Of a stretch of 64,000 nt of DNA, positions 9,001 through 20,079 are shown piece by piece. Below the pieces are notes generated by a model. That model worked only from the letters and a program-made list of their open reading frames with translations. It made no database searches and was not told the DNA's origin. Made by a program: the position numbers and the translations under genes. The DNA is from an uncultured Poribacteria bacterium (lineage in GTDB: Bacteria; Poribacteria; WGA-4E; WGA-3G), in the NCBI GenBank assembly GCA_958296135.2, contig CATQHZ020000001.1, positions 4,320,001 through 4,384,000 on the forward strand. Direction: 5' to 3'. Each line of letters opens with the position of its first letter. Position 1 is the stretch's first letter.

Positions 9001-12000
9001 ATGAACACAAAAGAAAGTTACGCGGAACTACAAGAGAAGATTTTAGGCGCGCGGCGCGTCTGGCGACGCGGGCTCTTCTGGACCGGGGCAGCCATCGTCC
9101 TGACAGGGCTGCTCGCGATAGTCGTCGGCGAATCCATCGTCGATTGGCTGATGCCGTTGCCGAACCCGGTGCGCATCGCGTTGCTCGCTGGCATTGTCAT
9201 CACGACAGGCTACCTGCTTTACAGGTATCTCGTCAAACCGCTGCGGGCATCTCTCACGCTGCGGGATGTCGCCCTCAACGTGGAACGGAACCACCCGAAC
9301 CTTGAGGATAGACTCGTCAGTGCCGTGCAATTCGGCAATCGCGACACCACGGATGCGATTGAAGCACACATGTTGCGCCGGTTGCTTGAGGATACAACGG
9401 AGCGCGTGAAAGGCATCGATTTCAAAGCCACCGTAGATGGCAGTCGGACGCGGAAGCACGTCGGTATCGCCGCCTTAGTCGTCGCCGGGTGTGCCGTGCT
9501 GTCGCTTTTGTTTCCCTCGGAGATTCATACGAGTTTGCTACGGGTGCTGGTGCCGTGGGAGAAAACTGAGCCGATTTTGACGACGAAGCTCACCGTTACG
9601 CCCGGAAATGCGCGCATTTTGCGCGGGAAAAGTTTGCCGATTCACGTCACCGTTACCGGTAAAGCTGCCGATAAAGTTATCTTGACGTATGGGGCAAATG
9701 ATGCCGCTCGGGCGCGCTTGCAACGCGCGCCTACCGAAGAGGGCCCCGCTGAACAACAGATTAATATGGTGCAGCATCCGGAGGATAAACGCGGCTTTGC
9801 TTACGAGATTTTCAACATTGACGCGGATATGGCATACTACGTCCAAGCAAACGAGGCGACATCGGAACGTTACACCGTGGATGTGTTTGAGATGCCGCGG
9901 GTGACAGACATCGCTGTTACCTACACCTATCCAGAGTATACTGGGCTGAAACCTGTCGTGCAGCAAGGCACAGGGGATATCCATGCTGTTGTCGGCACCC
10001 GTGCAGAAATCCGGTTGGCGACAAACAAAGCCATCCAAACGGCGACGTTTACGGTGAAGACTCGCGACCGGCAGGACGCGGCTGCCGGGACGGCGCGCTT
10101 GCAAAGCACGCCTACCGAAACGGATGAACCTGCTGCGCAGACACAAACGGAGATGGTTATTTCCGATGGCAACACGCTCACGACAACGCTAGATGTCTCC
10201 GAAGATGGGACATATTCCGTTGAACTCTTCTGCATTGATGGATTCAACAATGAGATTCCGGTTGAATACGAAATCCGTGCAGTGCCAGATAACGCCCCCG
10301 AGGTTGTCATCAAAGAGCCCGGGCGCGATGTCAAAGCGACAAAATTAGAAGAGGTGCAAATCGTCGCCGAGGCGAAGGACGACTACGGCGTTGAAAAGTT
10401 GTCCCTGATGTATCGCGTCGGTGCTGGCGAATTGCAGGAGCTCGCCATGGAGACAGCGGATATTGAAGAACAGCATCTCCGCCGCGGCACTTATACCTTC
10501 TACATGGAGGAGTTTGACGTGGAGCCGGGCGAAGTTATCTCTTACTATGCGCAAGCCACCGATAACAATACGCTCACCGGACCCGGCGAGGCAAACAGCG
10601 AGATTTACTTCATTGAGGTGCGGCCCTTTAACGAACGGTTCCAAGAAGAAGAGGGGGAACCGGGAGAACCTGCGCCGAATGTCGCCTTGGAGCTCATCGC
10701 CACCCAGAAGCAGATTATCCGAGAGACGTGGCAGCATATCAACGCCGCTCCTACGCCCATCACGGAAGACTATCGGTTCGCCGTAACGCAGACAGGAGAA
10801 AAGCAGTCCAAAGCGAAAGATAAGACGCAGCGGTTCGTTGACGAAATCAGCATGGCGATGCAGACAGCCGCGGTCGCGCCGGAAATTCTGATGAACTTGG
10901 AAGATGCCATCGACAGGATGCGCGAGGCGAGCGATAGCCTCAACGCCATCCAGCCGACAGCGGCGATGCCCCCCGAACAAGAAGCGTTAGAACTGCTTAT
11001 CAAAGTCGGCCTTGAACTCCCAAAAGTGCTGACACAAATGCGCAATAGTAACCCGCAAGCCGCGGAAAACCTTGAGTTGGAGATGGAGGAACTGCAGAGC
11101 GAAATTGAGCAAGACCAGGGCGAACTGGACCAGGAGATGCGGGAGCAGACGCAAGAAATGCTGAATCAGGCGCGGGAGATGTTAGAGGAACAGCAGCAAC
11201 TCAATCAACAGAGCCAGCAGTTGGGTAGAGAAAACCAACCCTCACCGAGTGAGATGCAGCAGAATAGCCAGCAGCAGGGACAGTTGTCGCAGCAAGCGCA
11301 GCAGATGTCCCAGCAGTTGGGACAGATGCAAGGCAGCGGACAAGGCACCCAATCGCAACGCCTCAGTCAAGCCGGGCAAGCGATGCAGCAGGCTGGCGAG
11401 CAGATGCAACAGGCGGCGCAAGGGATGCAACAGCAGGAACCGCAGCTGGGTGCCGCCAAGGGGGAACAAGCGGCAGCGCGGCTTGAAGAGGCGATTGAGC
11501 AACTGGAGAGCGTCGCCGCCGAACTTTCTGAGGATGCGCTTGAGGACGCTGTGCAGGCACTGCAGCAGTTGACGGAGGAGCAATCTGATGTGCAACAGCA
11601 GACGCAGGAGTTGCGGAATCGCGCGGCGCAATCGTCAATGCAGCCGGAAGATTTCGAGCAAGCCTCTGATTTGGCAAATCAGCAGCGGGAGCTTCAGCGA
11701 GAGCTGGAGTCTCTTGAGGGCGCGTTGCAGCAGCTTCAGGAGCAGCTCAACGCCGAGAATCCAGAGGCATCTCGAAACGTAGCGGATGCCGCCAGCCGCC
11801 TCACGGAAGAACAGACAGCGGCGGATATGGCGACGGCGCAGCGCGCCTTGCAATGGCGGAGTTTCCGTGCCGCGGACCAGAATCAGCAAGAGGTGCTAGA
11901 GACGCTGGAGCAGGCGCAGTCAGATTTGCAGCAGGCGCAGGCGAATATGGCGACAACGGAAGAGGCGCAGCTGGAAGCCGCTCTGGCACAACTCCAAAGC

Positions 12001-12450
12001 ATGGAAGCACAGATGCAGGATATCCAACGCGAACTCCAAGCGATGGAGGAAGCCGGAGAAACTGCGGAACAGCAACGTCTGCAACAGCTTTCCGAACAGC
12101 AACAGCAGCTCCAAGAGCGGATGCAACAGGCGCAACAGGCGATGCAAGGACAAAACGGCGATGGCGATGCTGAAGAGCAGCAAGGACGCGCGGGTGCCGA
12201 ATCGAACCGCGAAATCGAGGAGTTGTGGCTGGGTTTGCTGGATACGATGCGGTATCGTCCGAGCAACCGTTCGCGGCCGTTTCCGAAATACGAGATTGTC
12301 ATCCGCGACTTGAAGAAGTTGGAGTCGGCATTAGAAGAGCGACTCAACACGCTTCAGGAGAAGAAACGGCTCTCTCAGGTTGCGAAGGAGGATGTCCCGC
12401 CTGAATACCGCCGTCTTGTTGATAATTATTACGAGTCTTTGTCGCAATAA
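9001..12450 (+). CDS. Large membrane-anchored protein with beta-rich domains and a Q/E-rich coiled coil (DUF4175-like)
   Basis: GGAGG RBS precedes MNTKES. It has N-terminal transmembrane helices, LEDRLVSAVQF, DDYGV and a C-terminal VPPEYRRLVDNYYESL. Confidence 0.75.
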   Translation: MNTKESYAELQEKILGARRVWRRGLFWTGAAIVLTGLLAIVVGESIVDWLMPLPNPVRIALLAGIVITTGYLLYRYLVKPLRASLTLRDVALNVERNHPNLEDRLVSAVQFGNRDTTDAIEAHMLRRLLEDTTERVKGIDFKATVDGSRTRKHVGIAALVVAGCAVLSLLFPSEIHTSLLRVLVPWEKTEPILTTKLTVTPGNARILRGKSLPIHVTVTGKAADKVILTYGANDAARARLQRAPTEEGPAEQQINMVQHPEDKRGFAYEIFNIDADMAYYVQANEATSERYTVDVFEMPRVTDIAVTYTYPEYTGLKPVVQQGTGDIHAVVGTRAEIRLATNKAIQTATFTVKTRDRQDAAAGTARLQSTPTETDEPAAQTQTEMVISDGNTLTTTLDVSEDGTYSVELFCIDGFNNEIPVEYEIRAVPDNAPEVVIKEPGRDVKATKLEEVQIVAEAKDDYGVEKLSLMYRVGAGELQELAMETADIEEQHLRRGTYTFYMEEFDVEPGEVISYYAQATDNNTLTGPGEANSEIYFIEVRPFNERFQEEEGEPGEPAPNVALELIATQKQIIRETWQHINAAPTPITEDYRFAVTQTGEKQSKAKDKTQRFVDEISMAMQTAAVAPEILMNLEDAIDRMREASDSLNAIQPTAAMPPEQEALELLIKVGLELPKVLTQMRNSNPQAAENLELEMEELQSEIEQDQGELDQEMREQTQEMLNQAREMLEEQQQLNQQSQQLGRENQPSPSEMQQNSQQQGQLSQQAQQMSQQLGQMQGSGQGTQSQRLSQAGQAMQQAGEQMQQAAQGMQQQEPQLGAAKGEQAAARLEEAIEQLESVAAELSEDALEDAVQALQQLTEEQSDVQQQTQELRNRAAQSSMQPEDFEQASDLANQQRELQRELESLEGALQQLQEQLNAENPEASRNVADAASRLTEEQTAADMATAQRALQWRSFRAADQNQQEVLETLEQAQSDLQQAQANMATTEEAQLEAALAQLQSMEAQMQDIQRELQAMEEAGETAEQQRLQQLSEQQQQLQERMQQAQQAMQGQNGDGDAEEQQGRAGAESNREIEELWLGLLDTMRYRPSNRSRPFPKYEIVIRDLKKLESALEERLNTLQEKKRLSQVAKEDVPPEYRRLVDNYYESLSQ

Positions 12451-12596
12451 ACCCCACAGCTCCGTAGGGCGAGGGCCTGTCCCTCGCCTGATGAGATGAT
12501 AGGCAATTGAGGGTTTGGAAAAGATGTCTTGCTTTTTTTCACCCACTCGTGTATAATTAGCCAGCCTGATGCAAATGTCAATTCAGGTGCTCCAAA

Positions 12597-13348
12597 ATGT
12601 ATGAAATTGGCATCACAGAGATTAACACGCACGTCCGCCGCCTCGGTTATGTGTCGGCAATCTTGAAGTTGCTGGCGCATAAAACGCTCAGCGAGTCCTT
12701 GCTCTATAAGCGTCTTGAGAGGTGGAGCCTTAACCATGAAATCGCAATATTGACAAGACGCAGGACTATTTTCGGGTGCTCGCCGGGGTGTTTCACTGCT
12801 TCACAGGGCTATCCGAATCAACCGATGTTACCAAACACAATCGGTTCTGCCTCTGGATAGATGAAATGGAGAATTTCATCTATTTCACGCCGCCACAATA
12901 CCGTCCCTTTGGACAGGGATTGCGCGAACTTGTAGACAGGCTGCCCTATTTCTTCACACTTTTCATGAATTTCACGCTCACCGCGCCTGAGGAGTCTGAG
13001 GAAATCGAACTGATACTTGGAACCTATCTGATAGACCGGGTTACGCAGCAAATTTTCTTTCACGAGATGGAAGAGGCGGCGATGCTGCAGTATGTGAGCG
13101 AACTTCTCTCTCTCCCCAGACCACGAGTGCAGCCCAAAACGTGCTATGCACCGTTTGTCAAAGATGCACTGAAACTTCTCTTGACGAACTTGCAACGCCG
13201 CACACCGAGAGACGTGAATAAGCGGTGCCGGAACATCCTGCTGAAGGCGTTTGAAACCGGCGTTTTTGCCACCGGCACTGGCGCAGAAATCACGGTTGAC
13301 TTCGTCAGGAAAATGAGTCTGGAAGAACTAGATAGAGAGATGGGGTAA
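12597..13348 (+). pseudogene. Deletion remnant: N-terminal fragment of a hypothetical gene joined out of frame to the C-terminal part of a P-loop/AAA ATPase-like gene
   Basis: The second fragment has a Walker-B-like FCLWIDEMEN and an 'RTPRDVNKRC' lid, but no Walker A and no RBS. The frame switches near 12740. Confidence 0.5.
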
Positions 13349-13397
13349 CGTCCCCTCACGGCGCGCCCCCATCTGCGCCCAAAAACGGAGGAACTCT

Positions 13398-14204
13398 ATG
13401 TCACAACCTTTCATCGTCACGCCCGGCAGTAGCATCTGTTTAGCGGACTACGACGCGAACTACACCGGGCATTACCGCAAAAAAGGTGAAACGAAAAGTC
13501 CGCTGAAAAAACTGCAGAAGCGATTAGGAAAACTTCAGGAACTCCTCTACGCCGAAAGCCAGCGCGCACTGCTCATCATCCTGCAAGGCATGGATACTTG
13601 CGGAAAGGATGGCACTATCCGCGGTGTCATGTCCGGCATCAACGTGCAGGGATGCGATGTCGTCAATTTTAAGGTGCCCTCTGCGCGTGAGGCTGCCCAC
13701 GATTTCTTATGGCGGGCACACCGAGTCGTGCCGGGAAAAGGCACAATCGGCATTTTCAACCGTTCGCATTATGAGGATGTGCTCGTCGCACGGGTGCATA
13801 ACCTTGTGCCGGAAAAGGTCTGGGCTCTGCGATACCAGCAGATTAACAATTTTGAGAAGATGCTGGTGGAAAACGGAACGGTTATCCTGAAATTTTTCCT
13901 CCATATCTCCAAGGACGAACAGAGAACGCGGCTTGAAGCTCGGCTCAGCAACCCGGCGAAGCATTGGAAAATCACCGAATCCGACATTCGTGAGCGCGCT
14001 TACTGGAACGATTACATGCAGGCGTATGAGGCAGTTTTCAATACCTGTAGCACCGAGTGGGCACCCTGGCACATCATCCCCGCAAATAAGAAGTGGTATC
14101 GAAACCTCGTCATCACGGAACGTGTGGTTGAGACGCTGAAAAAGTTGGACATGAAGTATCCGGAGCCCACGTTCGATATTTCGCAAATCGCGATTGAAGA
14201 GTAA
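13398..14204 (+). CDS. ppk2: Polyphosphate kinase 2 family protein
   Basis: LQGMDTCGKDGTI, FNRSHYEDVL and KFFLHISKDEQ motifs. Confidence 0.93.
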   Translation: MSQPFIVTPGSSICLADYDANYTGHYRKKGETKSPLKKLQKRLGKLQELLYAESQRALLIILQGMDTCGKDGTIRGVMSGINVQGCDVVNFKVPSAREAAHDFLWRAHRVVPGKGTIGIFNRSHYEDVLVARVHNLVPEKVWALRYQQINNFEKMLVENGTVILKFFLHISKDEQRTRLEARLSNPAKHWKITESDIRERAYWNDYMQAYEAVFNTCSTEWAPWHIIPANKKWYRNLVITERVVETLKKLDMKYPEPTFDISQIAIEE

Positions 14205-14295
14205 GCCCGGTAGGATGGGCGCAAAACCAGTCCGGTAAGCCCGCTTTCAAAGCACGTCTACCGGGAAATCTCTATGAACCGATAAGGAGAAACCG

Positions 14296-15075
14296 ATGCT
14301 CTCAACACAGCAACTTGCACAATTTGAGGAGGAAGGGTATCTCAGGCTCTCCGGCCTCATCCCCGAAGCGACTGTCACAAAAGCAGAAGCAGCGATGTGG
14401 CAGATGATGGGGATGGCGGCAACTGACCCGGGTTCATGGACGCACTTCCAACGTCCACCGCTCTCCGGCTTTTACATGGAGCAGCTGTCAAACGGGAATC
14501 GGATTGAACTCTTCGGTGTGACGCATCCCGATGTCATGGCGTGTTGCACCCCGGACTACCTCGCTATCCTCTATCAACTCGCGGAGAGGTATCCGGAGAT
14601 TTCGCACTGTCAAAGCCGACAGCCCGATGGCATCTGGGCCCTCAATCAGTTTCCGGATGATAGACAGTGGAAATGTCCATCGCCGCACCTCGATGGCGAC
14701 TTCAGGGATTTGCGGCTAGACCCGGGCTGCTTTCGCGCGACAAGTTTAACCTACCTCACCGACGCGCATTCGCACGGGGGGACAACGATGATATGGCCTG
14801 AAGGGCCACAACGGATTCGCGCGTTTCGGAAACAGAACCCGCATTTCTCCACCCGGGTCGGCGATGTGCGCGCCCTATTCCCACAGATGGACTTAGGTGA
14901 ACCGATGGAAGTCACCGCCAAACAAGGCGATGTGCTCCTCTTTCACCATCTGCTGCCGCACGCCGGCACGATAAATGTCACGCCGCACCCGCGCTTTGCG
15001 ATTCGGTATATGTGCTTGTGCCGCGACTGCCGCATCTGGCAGAAGAAAGGCGAATGGAACATTTGGATGCCTTAG
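14296..15075 (+). CDS. Phytanoyl-CoA dioxygenase (PhyH) family protein
   Basis: FEEEGYL start, HLD iron motif and GDVLLFHHLLPH. Confidence 0.85.
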   Translation: MLSTQQLAQFEEEGYLRLSGLIPEATVTKAEAAMWQMMGMAATDPGSWTHFQRPPLSGFYMEQLSNGNRIELFGVTHPDVMACCTPDYLAILYQLAERYPEISHCQSRQPDGIWALNQFPDDRQWKCPSPHLDGDFRDLRLDPGCFRATSLTYLTDAHSHGGTTMIWPEGPQRIRAFRKQNPHFSTRVGDVRALFPQMDLGEPMEVTAKQGDVLLFHHLLPHAGTINVTPHPRFAIRYMCLCRDCRIWQKKGEWNIWMP

Positions 15076-15147
15076 CACGCCGAGGTAGGAGCGATTTCTA
15101 ATCGCGACACCCTTGTAGGCGCGACGCCTTCAATAGAGGATAACCTG

Positions 15148-15900
15148 ATGATACACGCTAAAAACGCAAAAACCTTTTGTGCTATCGCAGCCGCTGTTCT
15201 GCTCGGTGTCATATTTATCAACAACGCAGCCGCACAGAAGGTGTTCGTCCAGACAGGATTTGAAGAATTCACCCTCGGCAAACCTCCAGAAGACTGGGAG
15301 GCAAAAGGCGACGGATGTGAGGTTACCGATGACACCGTCAAAACCGACAAAAAATCGCTCGCCATCTTGGGCGGCGCAGATGGCGACGGACTCGGCGTGC
15401 CGATAGAGACTAATAACCCGATTACCTCCGTTGAATTCTGGGTTTACATTGAGGGCGGCGGACGCGCTTTCAACGTCAAAATCAGTTCCGCCGATAACAT
15501 TGCCGAAAACAACGGCTGCACTTACATCAACTGGGACGCGGATATGGTGCGCCTCTACGACGGTGCCGCGTGGCAACCGATCGGCGACTTTGAAACGGAT
15601 ACATGGAAATATGTCCGCATTGTCGCTGATTTTGACAAAAGCGAGTTTGACTTCTACGCAGGCGACAGCCGGGAAGCAGCACTGACTGCAAAACCGGAAA
15701 AGGGACTCGCGTTTCGGAACGCCGCCCTCGCACCAGTAGCCAAGTGGCTCGTCTTTTATGTCTGGGGGATGACTGCCGCTGGCTACGTCGATGAACTGCT
15801 CGTTTATAGCGGCGATGAACCGCTGGAACTTGCGGTGGAAGCAGGCGGTAAACTGACGACGATGTGGGCGAATATGAAAACAGGAGACCGGGCCCGGTAG
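15148..15900 (+). CDS. Secreted beta-sandwich protein with the conserved C-terminal tail
   Basis: Signal peptide (AAA|Q) and C-terminal AVEAGGKLTTMWANMK. Confidence 0.7.
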   Translation: MIHAKNAKTFCAIAAAVLLGVIFINNAAAQKVFVQTGFEEFTLGKPPEDWEAKGDGCEVTDDTVKTDKKSLAILGGADGDGLGVPIETNNPITSVEFWVYIEGGGRAFNVKISSADNIAENNGCTYINWDADMVRLYDGAAWQPIGDFETDTWKYVRIVADFDKSEFDFYAGDSREAALTAKPEKGLAFRNAALAPVAKWLVFYVWGMTAAGYVDELLVYSGDEPLELAVEAGGKLTTMWANMKTGDRAR

Positions 15901-15953
15901 GTGCGGTTTGCAACGGCGCAAATTGATACGCGCCTACCCGAAATTGAGGAGGG

Positions 15954-16778
15954 ATGCCGAAGATGAACCCTGAACCTATGCAACTCACGCCAGCGCAACG
16001 GCTGCACTTCGACATCTACGGCTTCGTGCTACTCAAAGATGTCCTGAACAGCAATGAAATCGATGAGATGAAAAGCGCGCTCTATCGGATGAAGGCAGAT
16101 ACCGACAGGGAGACAAAACGAGTCTACACGCGCCCGGGTGGAGAACACCACGTGCTTTTCGGCAATCTTGTTGAATATGACCCGGCCTTATTGGCATACG
16201 CCGCGCATCCCAAACTAGTACCGCTCGTTGAGGAAGTAGTAGGCGGGGCCATCCGACTTGAGGAGACCGAGGCGATTATCAACCGCCGAAATCCGGAGAC
16301 AGCACTGAGCGAACTCCGCAAACGCCGCTATAACCCGACAGGCTTTCATCGGGGGACGCAGCAAGGCTGGGGCACCTACATGGAGCAGAACAAGTTCCAC
16401 TGCATCTTTGTGAAGACGCTCGCCTACCTCACCGATGTCGGCCCCGATGATGGCGGCACGTGTGTCATTCCGGGCAGTCACCGGTTGACGTGGCCGCAAA
16501 ACGAGATGATTGAGGCTGCGTTGGCGGATGACAAACTTATCTATCAAGTGGAGGCATCCGCCGGTTCCGTGCTCCTTTTCGCCGAGTCGCTCGTTCACAG
16601 CACGACTGCCATCCGTAGCGACAAGGAGCGGGTCATCCTTATCGCCGGCTACACGCCGCCGATGGTTCGCGAATGGCCCGGCAATGAAGTGAACCCCGAA
16701 TTTATTGAGACACTGCCGTCGGACATCCGTCCCCTCATCTCCGGCAGCGATAGTTGGCATTGGAAACGGCGGTACTAA
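15954..16778 (+). CDS. Phytanoyl-CoA dioxygenase (PhyH) family protein
   Basis: FDIYGFV, YLTDVGPDDGGTCVIPGSH and GSVLLFAESLVH motifs. Confidence 0.85.
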   Translation: MPKMNPEPMQLTPAQRLHFDIYGFVLLKDVLNSNEIDEMKSALYRMKADTDRETKRVYTRPGGEHHVLFGNLVEYDPALLAYAAHPKLVPLVEEVVGGAIRLEETEAIINRRNPETALSELRKRRYNPTGFHRGTQQGWGTYMEQNKFHCIFVKTLAYLTDVGPDDGGTCVIPGSHRLTWPQNEMIEAALADDKLIYQVEASAGSVLLFAESLVHSTTAIRSDKERVILIAGYTPPMVREWPGNEVNPEFIETLPSDIRPLISGSDSWHWKRRY

Positions 16779-16827
16779 GCCTGCTGTGGCCCGTAGGGTG
16801 CAGGAAAACCGGTCCCTCGCTAGCCTT

Positions 16828-18339
16828 TTATGCCCCCGATGTCCGCGGCATCCACAGCGGCTCCTTCCCCATCTCCGCGAACAACAACTTCATCACGAGC
16901 GCCGCCTTCAACTCGGCATGCGCGGGCGAATGCCAAAGGTTGTTGATTTCGCCCGCGTCTTCCTGAAGATCGAACAGTTCGCCGTAATCGCGGTTGTAGT
17001 AGACGGTGAGTTTATAGCGTGCGTCAACGTAAGTTTTGACATGAACCGTGGTTGGTTCGTGGTGATTTTCGATGATAACGTGCTCCCGAACGCTCGTTTG
17101 TTCGCCGTACCAGACCGGACCCTGGTCTTCGCCTGTCATCGCGCGCGGAATGTCAATCCCAGTGGCACTGAGGAACGACGGTGCCAGGTCTACTAAACTT
17201 TGCAACGCATCCGATTGCACACCGGCTGGCACCACTCCCGGATACCGGACGATGAACGGCACCCGAATCACATCTTCGTAGTGGAACGCGCCTTTCGCGA
17301 CGAGCCCGTGCTGCCCGTAAAAATGCCCGTGGTCGGACGTGAAGACGACAAGGGTATTCTCCGCAAGCCCCAACGCGTCCAGTTTCGCCAAGATTTGCCC
17401 GATGTATTTGTCCATCAGGCTCACCATGCCGTAATAGACAGCGATGTCCTTCGCGAGTTCGTCCTTGTCGCGCAGATGCGAATTGAACCCGTGGACACCC
17501 TTCCCACTTTCGCGCCACGCAGAGAAGTCAGGTTTCCGCTGCTGCGTCAGTTGAAAATGCGGCGGGTTGTTGGCATGCTCCCCTTCGGTGACAGATGGCA
17601 CCGTCAGGGAGGCTGCATCATACATCGTATCCCACGGCTCCGGCACGAGATATTTCGGATGCGGATCGAAGAAACTAGCCCAGAGGAAGAAGTTCTCACC
17701 GTTCCGCTGATACGTTTCTATGAGCGCGTTGGTGCGTTCGGCAATCCACGTATCGTAGTGGTATTCTTCGGGAATGGGCCATTTCCTATATTGTCCGCGG
17801 GCATTCCCGGTCGGCGGTGCGAAATAGTCGCGCCAATTCGTGCAGCCTTTTTCCTCCATCCAGATGGCGTAGTGCTGTCCGACGTGCGCCTCATCGGCGT
17901 GGTTGCGGGCGAGTTCGACATGCTCAAACCCATAAAACGGTTCGTTAAAGTTGCGCCAAAAATCCAGGTCCTGCAGAATCGGATAGGATTCGAGGGATGG
18001 GAATTCGTCGGTGCCGTGCAGGGGTTGAAAATGCGCCTTGCCGACGAGTGCAGTGCGGTAGCCTGCCGCCGTGAAATCTTCGCCGACGGTATGCTCCTCT
18101 TCAGAGAGCTTCGTACCGAGGGCCCAGGCTCCGTGTTGGCTTGGGTATTTGCCTGTGATGATAGAGGCGCGCGTCGGCGTGCATGTCGGGTTCGGGCAAT
18201 AGGCGCGATTGAAGAGCATGCCTTGCCGCGCGAGGGCATCCAAGTGTGGTGTCTGAATCTCTGGGTTGAGACACCCTAACGTGTTCCAATGCTGCTGGTC
18301 ACTGGTGATAAGTAAAATATTCGGTCTGGTTTGAGCCAT
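16828..18339 (-). CDS. Sulfatase (Cys-type, formylglycine-dependent)
   Basis: PNILLITSDQ, CTPTRAS (CxPxR), GKAH and SDHG motifs. The likely start is MAQTR. Confidence 0.93.
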   Translation of the reverse strand: MAQTRPNILLITSDQQHWNTLGCLNPEIQTPHLDALARQGMLFNRAYCPNPTCTPTRASIITGKYPSQHGAWALGTKLSEEEHTVGEDFTAAGYRTALVGKAHFQPLHGTDEFPSLESYPILQDLDFWRNFNEPFYGFEHVELARNHADEAHVGQHYAIWMEEKGCTNWRDYFAPPTGNARGQYRKWPIPEEYHYDTWIAERTNALIETYQRNGENFFLWASFFDPHPKYLVPEPWDTMYDAASLTVPSVTEGEHANNPPHFQLTQQRKPDFSAWRESGKGVHGFNSHLRDKDELAKDIAVYYGMVSLMDKYIGQILAKLDALGLAENTLVVFTSDHGHFYGQHGLVAKGAFHYEDVIRVPFIVRYPGVVPAGVQSDALQSLVDLAPSFLSATGIDIPRAMTGEDQGPVWYGEQTSVREHVIIENHHEPTTVHVKTYVDARYKLTVYYNRDYGELFDLQEDAGEINNLWHSPAHAELKAALVMKLLFAEMGKEPLWMPRTSGA

Positions 18340-18350
18340 AGTATGTTCCT

Positions 18351-19646
18351 CTACCTGTTCCGCAGGCAGCACTGCTTATACTTCCGGCCACTGCCGCACG
18401 GACAAGGCGCATTGCGTCCGACTTTGCCTTCGGCGGCTTGTCCCGGCATCCTCGGAGTTTTCGCGGCGTTCTGCCGTTGGCGCAGCATCGGCATGATGCT
18501 ATTCGCCGGCTGCCCCTGATGAAGTGCAGCCGCCATCATCTTCATCGGTTCGTCAATGTGCTTGAAAAACTGCTTGTAGCCGGCACAGAGATAGTTCAAC
18601 CCATCCTCGCCTGTCGGGGTTTTGATGAAGCGGTTTTTGGGGCAACCGCCGTTGCACACGAACTTCACCTCGCAGGTGCGGCAATATTCGGGGAGCGTAT
18701 CGCGCTTATCGGTGCCGAATTTGCGTTGGAAGTCAGAATCCACCAACTCGGCGATAGGCGTATCCGCAATGTTACCCACGTGATAGTCCGGCGTAACGAA
18801 ATGATCGCAGGAGTAGAGGTCTCCGTTATGTTCTAACGCGAGGGCATCCCCGCAGGTCTGGTTGAAGACGCAGAGACTCGGCGTATACCCCATCCATGCC
18901 TCCAACGCGACATCAAAAATCTGCACGAAGATGGTGCCGATGTCGTTCATCACCCACTCATCGAAAATCTGGCAGAGGAATTTGCCGTATTGCCGTGCCG
19001 TGACAGAGCGCGGTGACACATTCTTGCCGCCGAAATGTTCGACTGCGGGGATGAACTGCATAAACTCCGCGCCAAGTTCCTTGAAGTAGGCGTAGACTTC
19101 CTTTGGCGACTCGGCGTTGTGGCGGTTGACAACACACAGCACATTGTAGTCAACCTGATGCTTCTGCAAAACGCGTAGTCCGCGAAGCACCTGCTGGGAC
19201 GATGAACGCCCGCGTTTGTCATAGCGGTATTTATCGTGAATCTCCGGCGGCCCGTCAATACTCACGCCGATGAGGAAGTTGTTCTGCTTGAAAAACTCCC
19301 CCCATTCGTCGTCGAGGAGCGTGGCGTTGGTCTGAAACGAATTCTGGATTGTCATGCCGGTGCGGCGATACTTCTTCTGATAGGCGATAGCGCGGCGGAA
19401 GAAGTCTACGCCCATCAACGTCGGTTCGCCGCCTTGCCATGCGAAGGTGACTTCGTTGACTTGCTGCGCCTCGATGTATTGCTTGACGTAGTTCTCCAAA
19501 ATCTCGTCATTCATCCGAAATGAGTTGGTTTCGGGGTAAAGTTTCTCTTTATCAAGGTAAAAGCAATATTCGCAATCGAGGTTGCATATCGGCCCGATGG
19601 GCTTTGTCATGACATGAAACGCGCGGGGTGCTCTGTATTGAACCAT
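18351..19646 (-). CDS. Anaerobic sulfatase maturase (radical SAM/SPASM) with a C-terminal SEC-C motif
   Basis: CNLDCEYC, WQGGEPTL, SPASM cysteines and GRNAPCPCGSGRKYKQCC. Confidence 0.93.
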   Translation of the reverse strand: MVQYRAPRAFHVMTKPIGPICNLDCEYCFYLDKEKLYPETNSFRMNDEILENYVKQYIEAQQVNEVTFAWQGGEPTLMGVDFFRRAIAYQKKYRRTGMTIQNSFQTNATLLDDEWGEFFKQNNFLIGVSIDGPPEIHDKYRYDKRGRSSSQQVLRGLRVLQKHQVDYNVLCVVNRHNAESPKEVYAYFKELGAEFMQFIPAVEHFGGKNVSPRSVTARQYGKFLCQIFDEWVMNDIGTIFVQIFDVALEAWMGYTPSLCVFNQTCGDALALEHNGDLYSCDHFVTPDYHVGNIADTPIAELVDSDFQRKFGTDKRDTLPEYCRTCEVKFVCNGGCPKNRFIKTPTGEDGLNYLCAGYKQFFKHIDEPMKMMAAALHQGQPANSIMPMLRQRQNAAKTPRMPGQAAEGKVGRNAPCPCGSGRKYKQCCLRNR

Positions 19647-19754
19647 TATGGTTTTCCTCTCTCGGCAAAAATCGGGACCGGGCCCTGGGTATCGGGACCA
19701 GGAGGTCCCTCCTACCGGGCCCTGGGTTTAGGTTACAATTTAGCATATTTGGGG

Positions 19755-20079
19755 TTTTGTTTGCAAGAAAAAAAGAGGTTCCGCCGCGGAAACCTCTTTT
19801 CGGTAGGCGGGTTCTCCCGGTCCCGATTCTTCCACTGTCTGAGCGATCAAGTCGCCAGCATCGTGGACTCTGCCGTAATTTCCATCCTGAGGGATAATCT
19901 GAAATCTGGGTCTGAATTTTGTTTGCAAGAAAAAAAGAGGTTCCGCCGCGGAAACCTCTTTTCGGTAGGCGGGTTCTCCCGGTCCCGATTCTTCCACTGT
20001 CTGAGCGATCAAGTCGCCAGCATCGTGGACTCTGCCGTAACTTCCATCCTGAGGGATAATCTGAAATCTGGGTCTGAAT
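19755..20079. repeat. Two-unit 162-bp tandem repeat made of a hairpin, a GTAG palindrome and a 68-bp fragment of the TIR gene
   Basis: Units start at 19755 and 19917. 19844-19911 and 20006-20073 match 20307-20374. Confidence 0.95.

Noticed and set aside
17200-18279. Long antisense ORFs (also 50124-51206 and 55712-56785)
   Set aside because: They are shadow frames opposite well-supported genes (sulfatase, thrS, glnA), as expected in GC-rich DNA.
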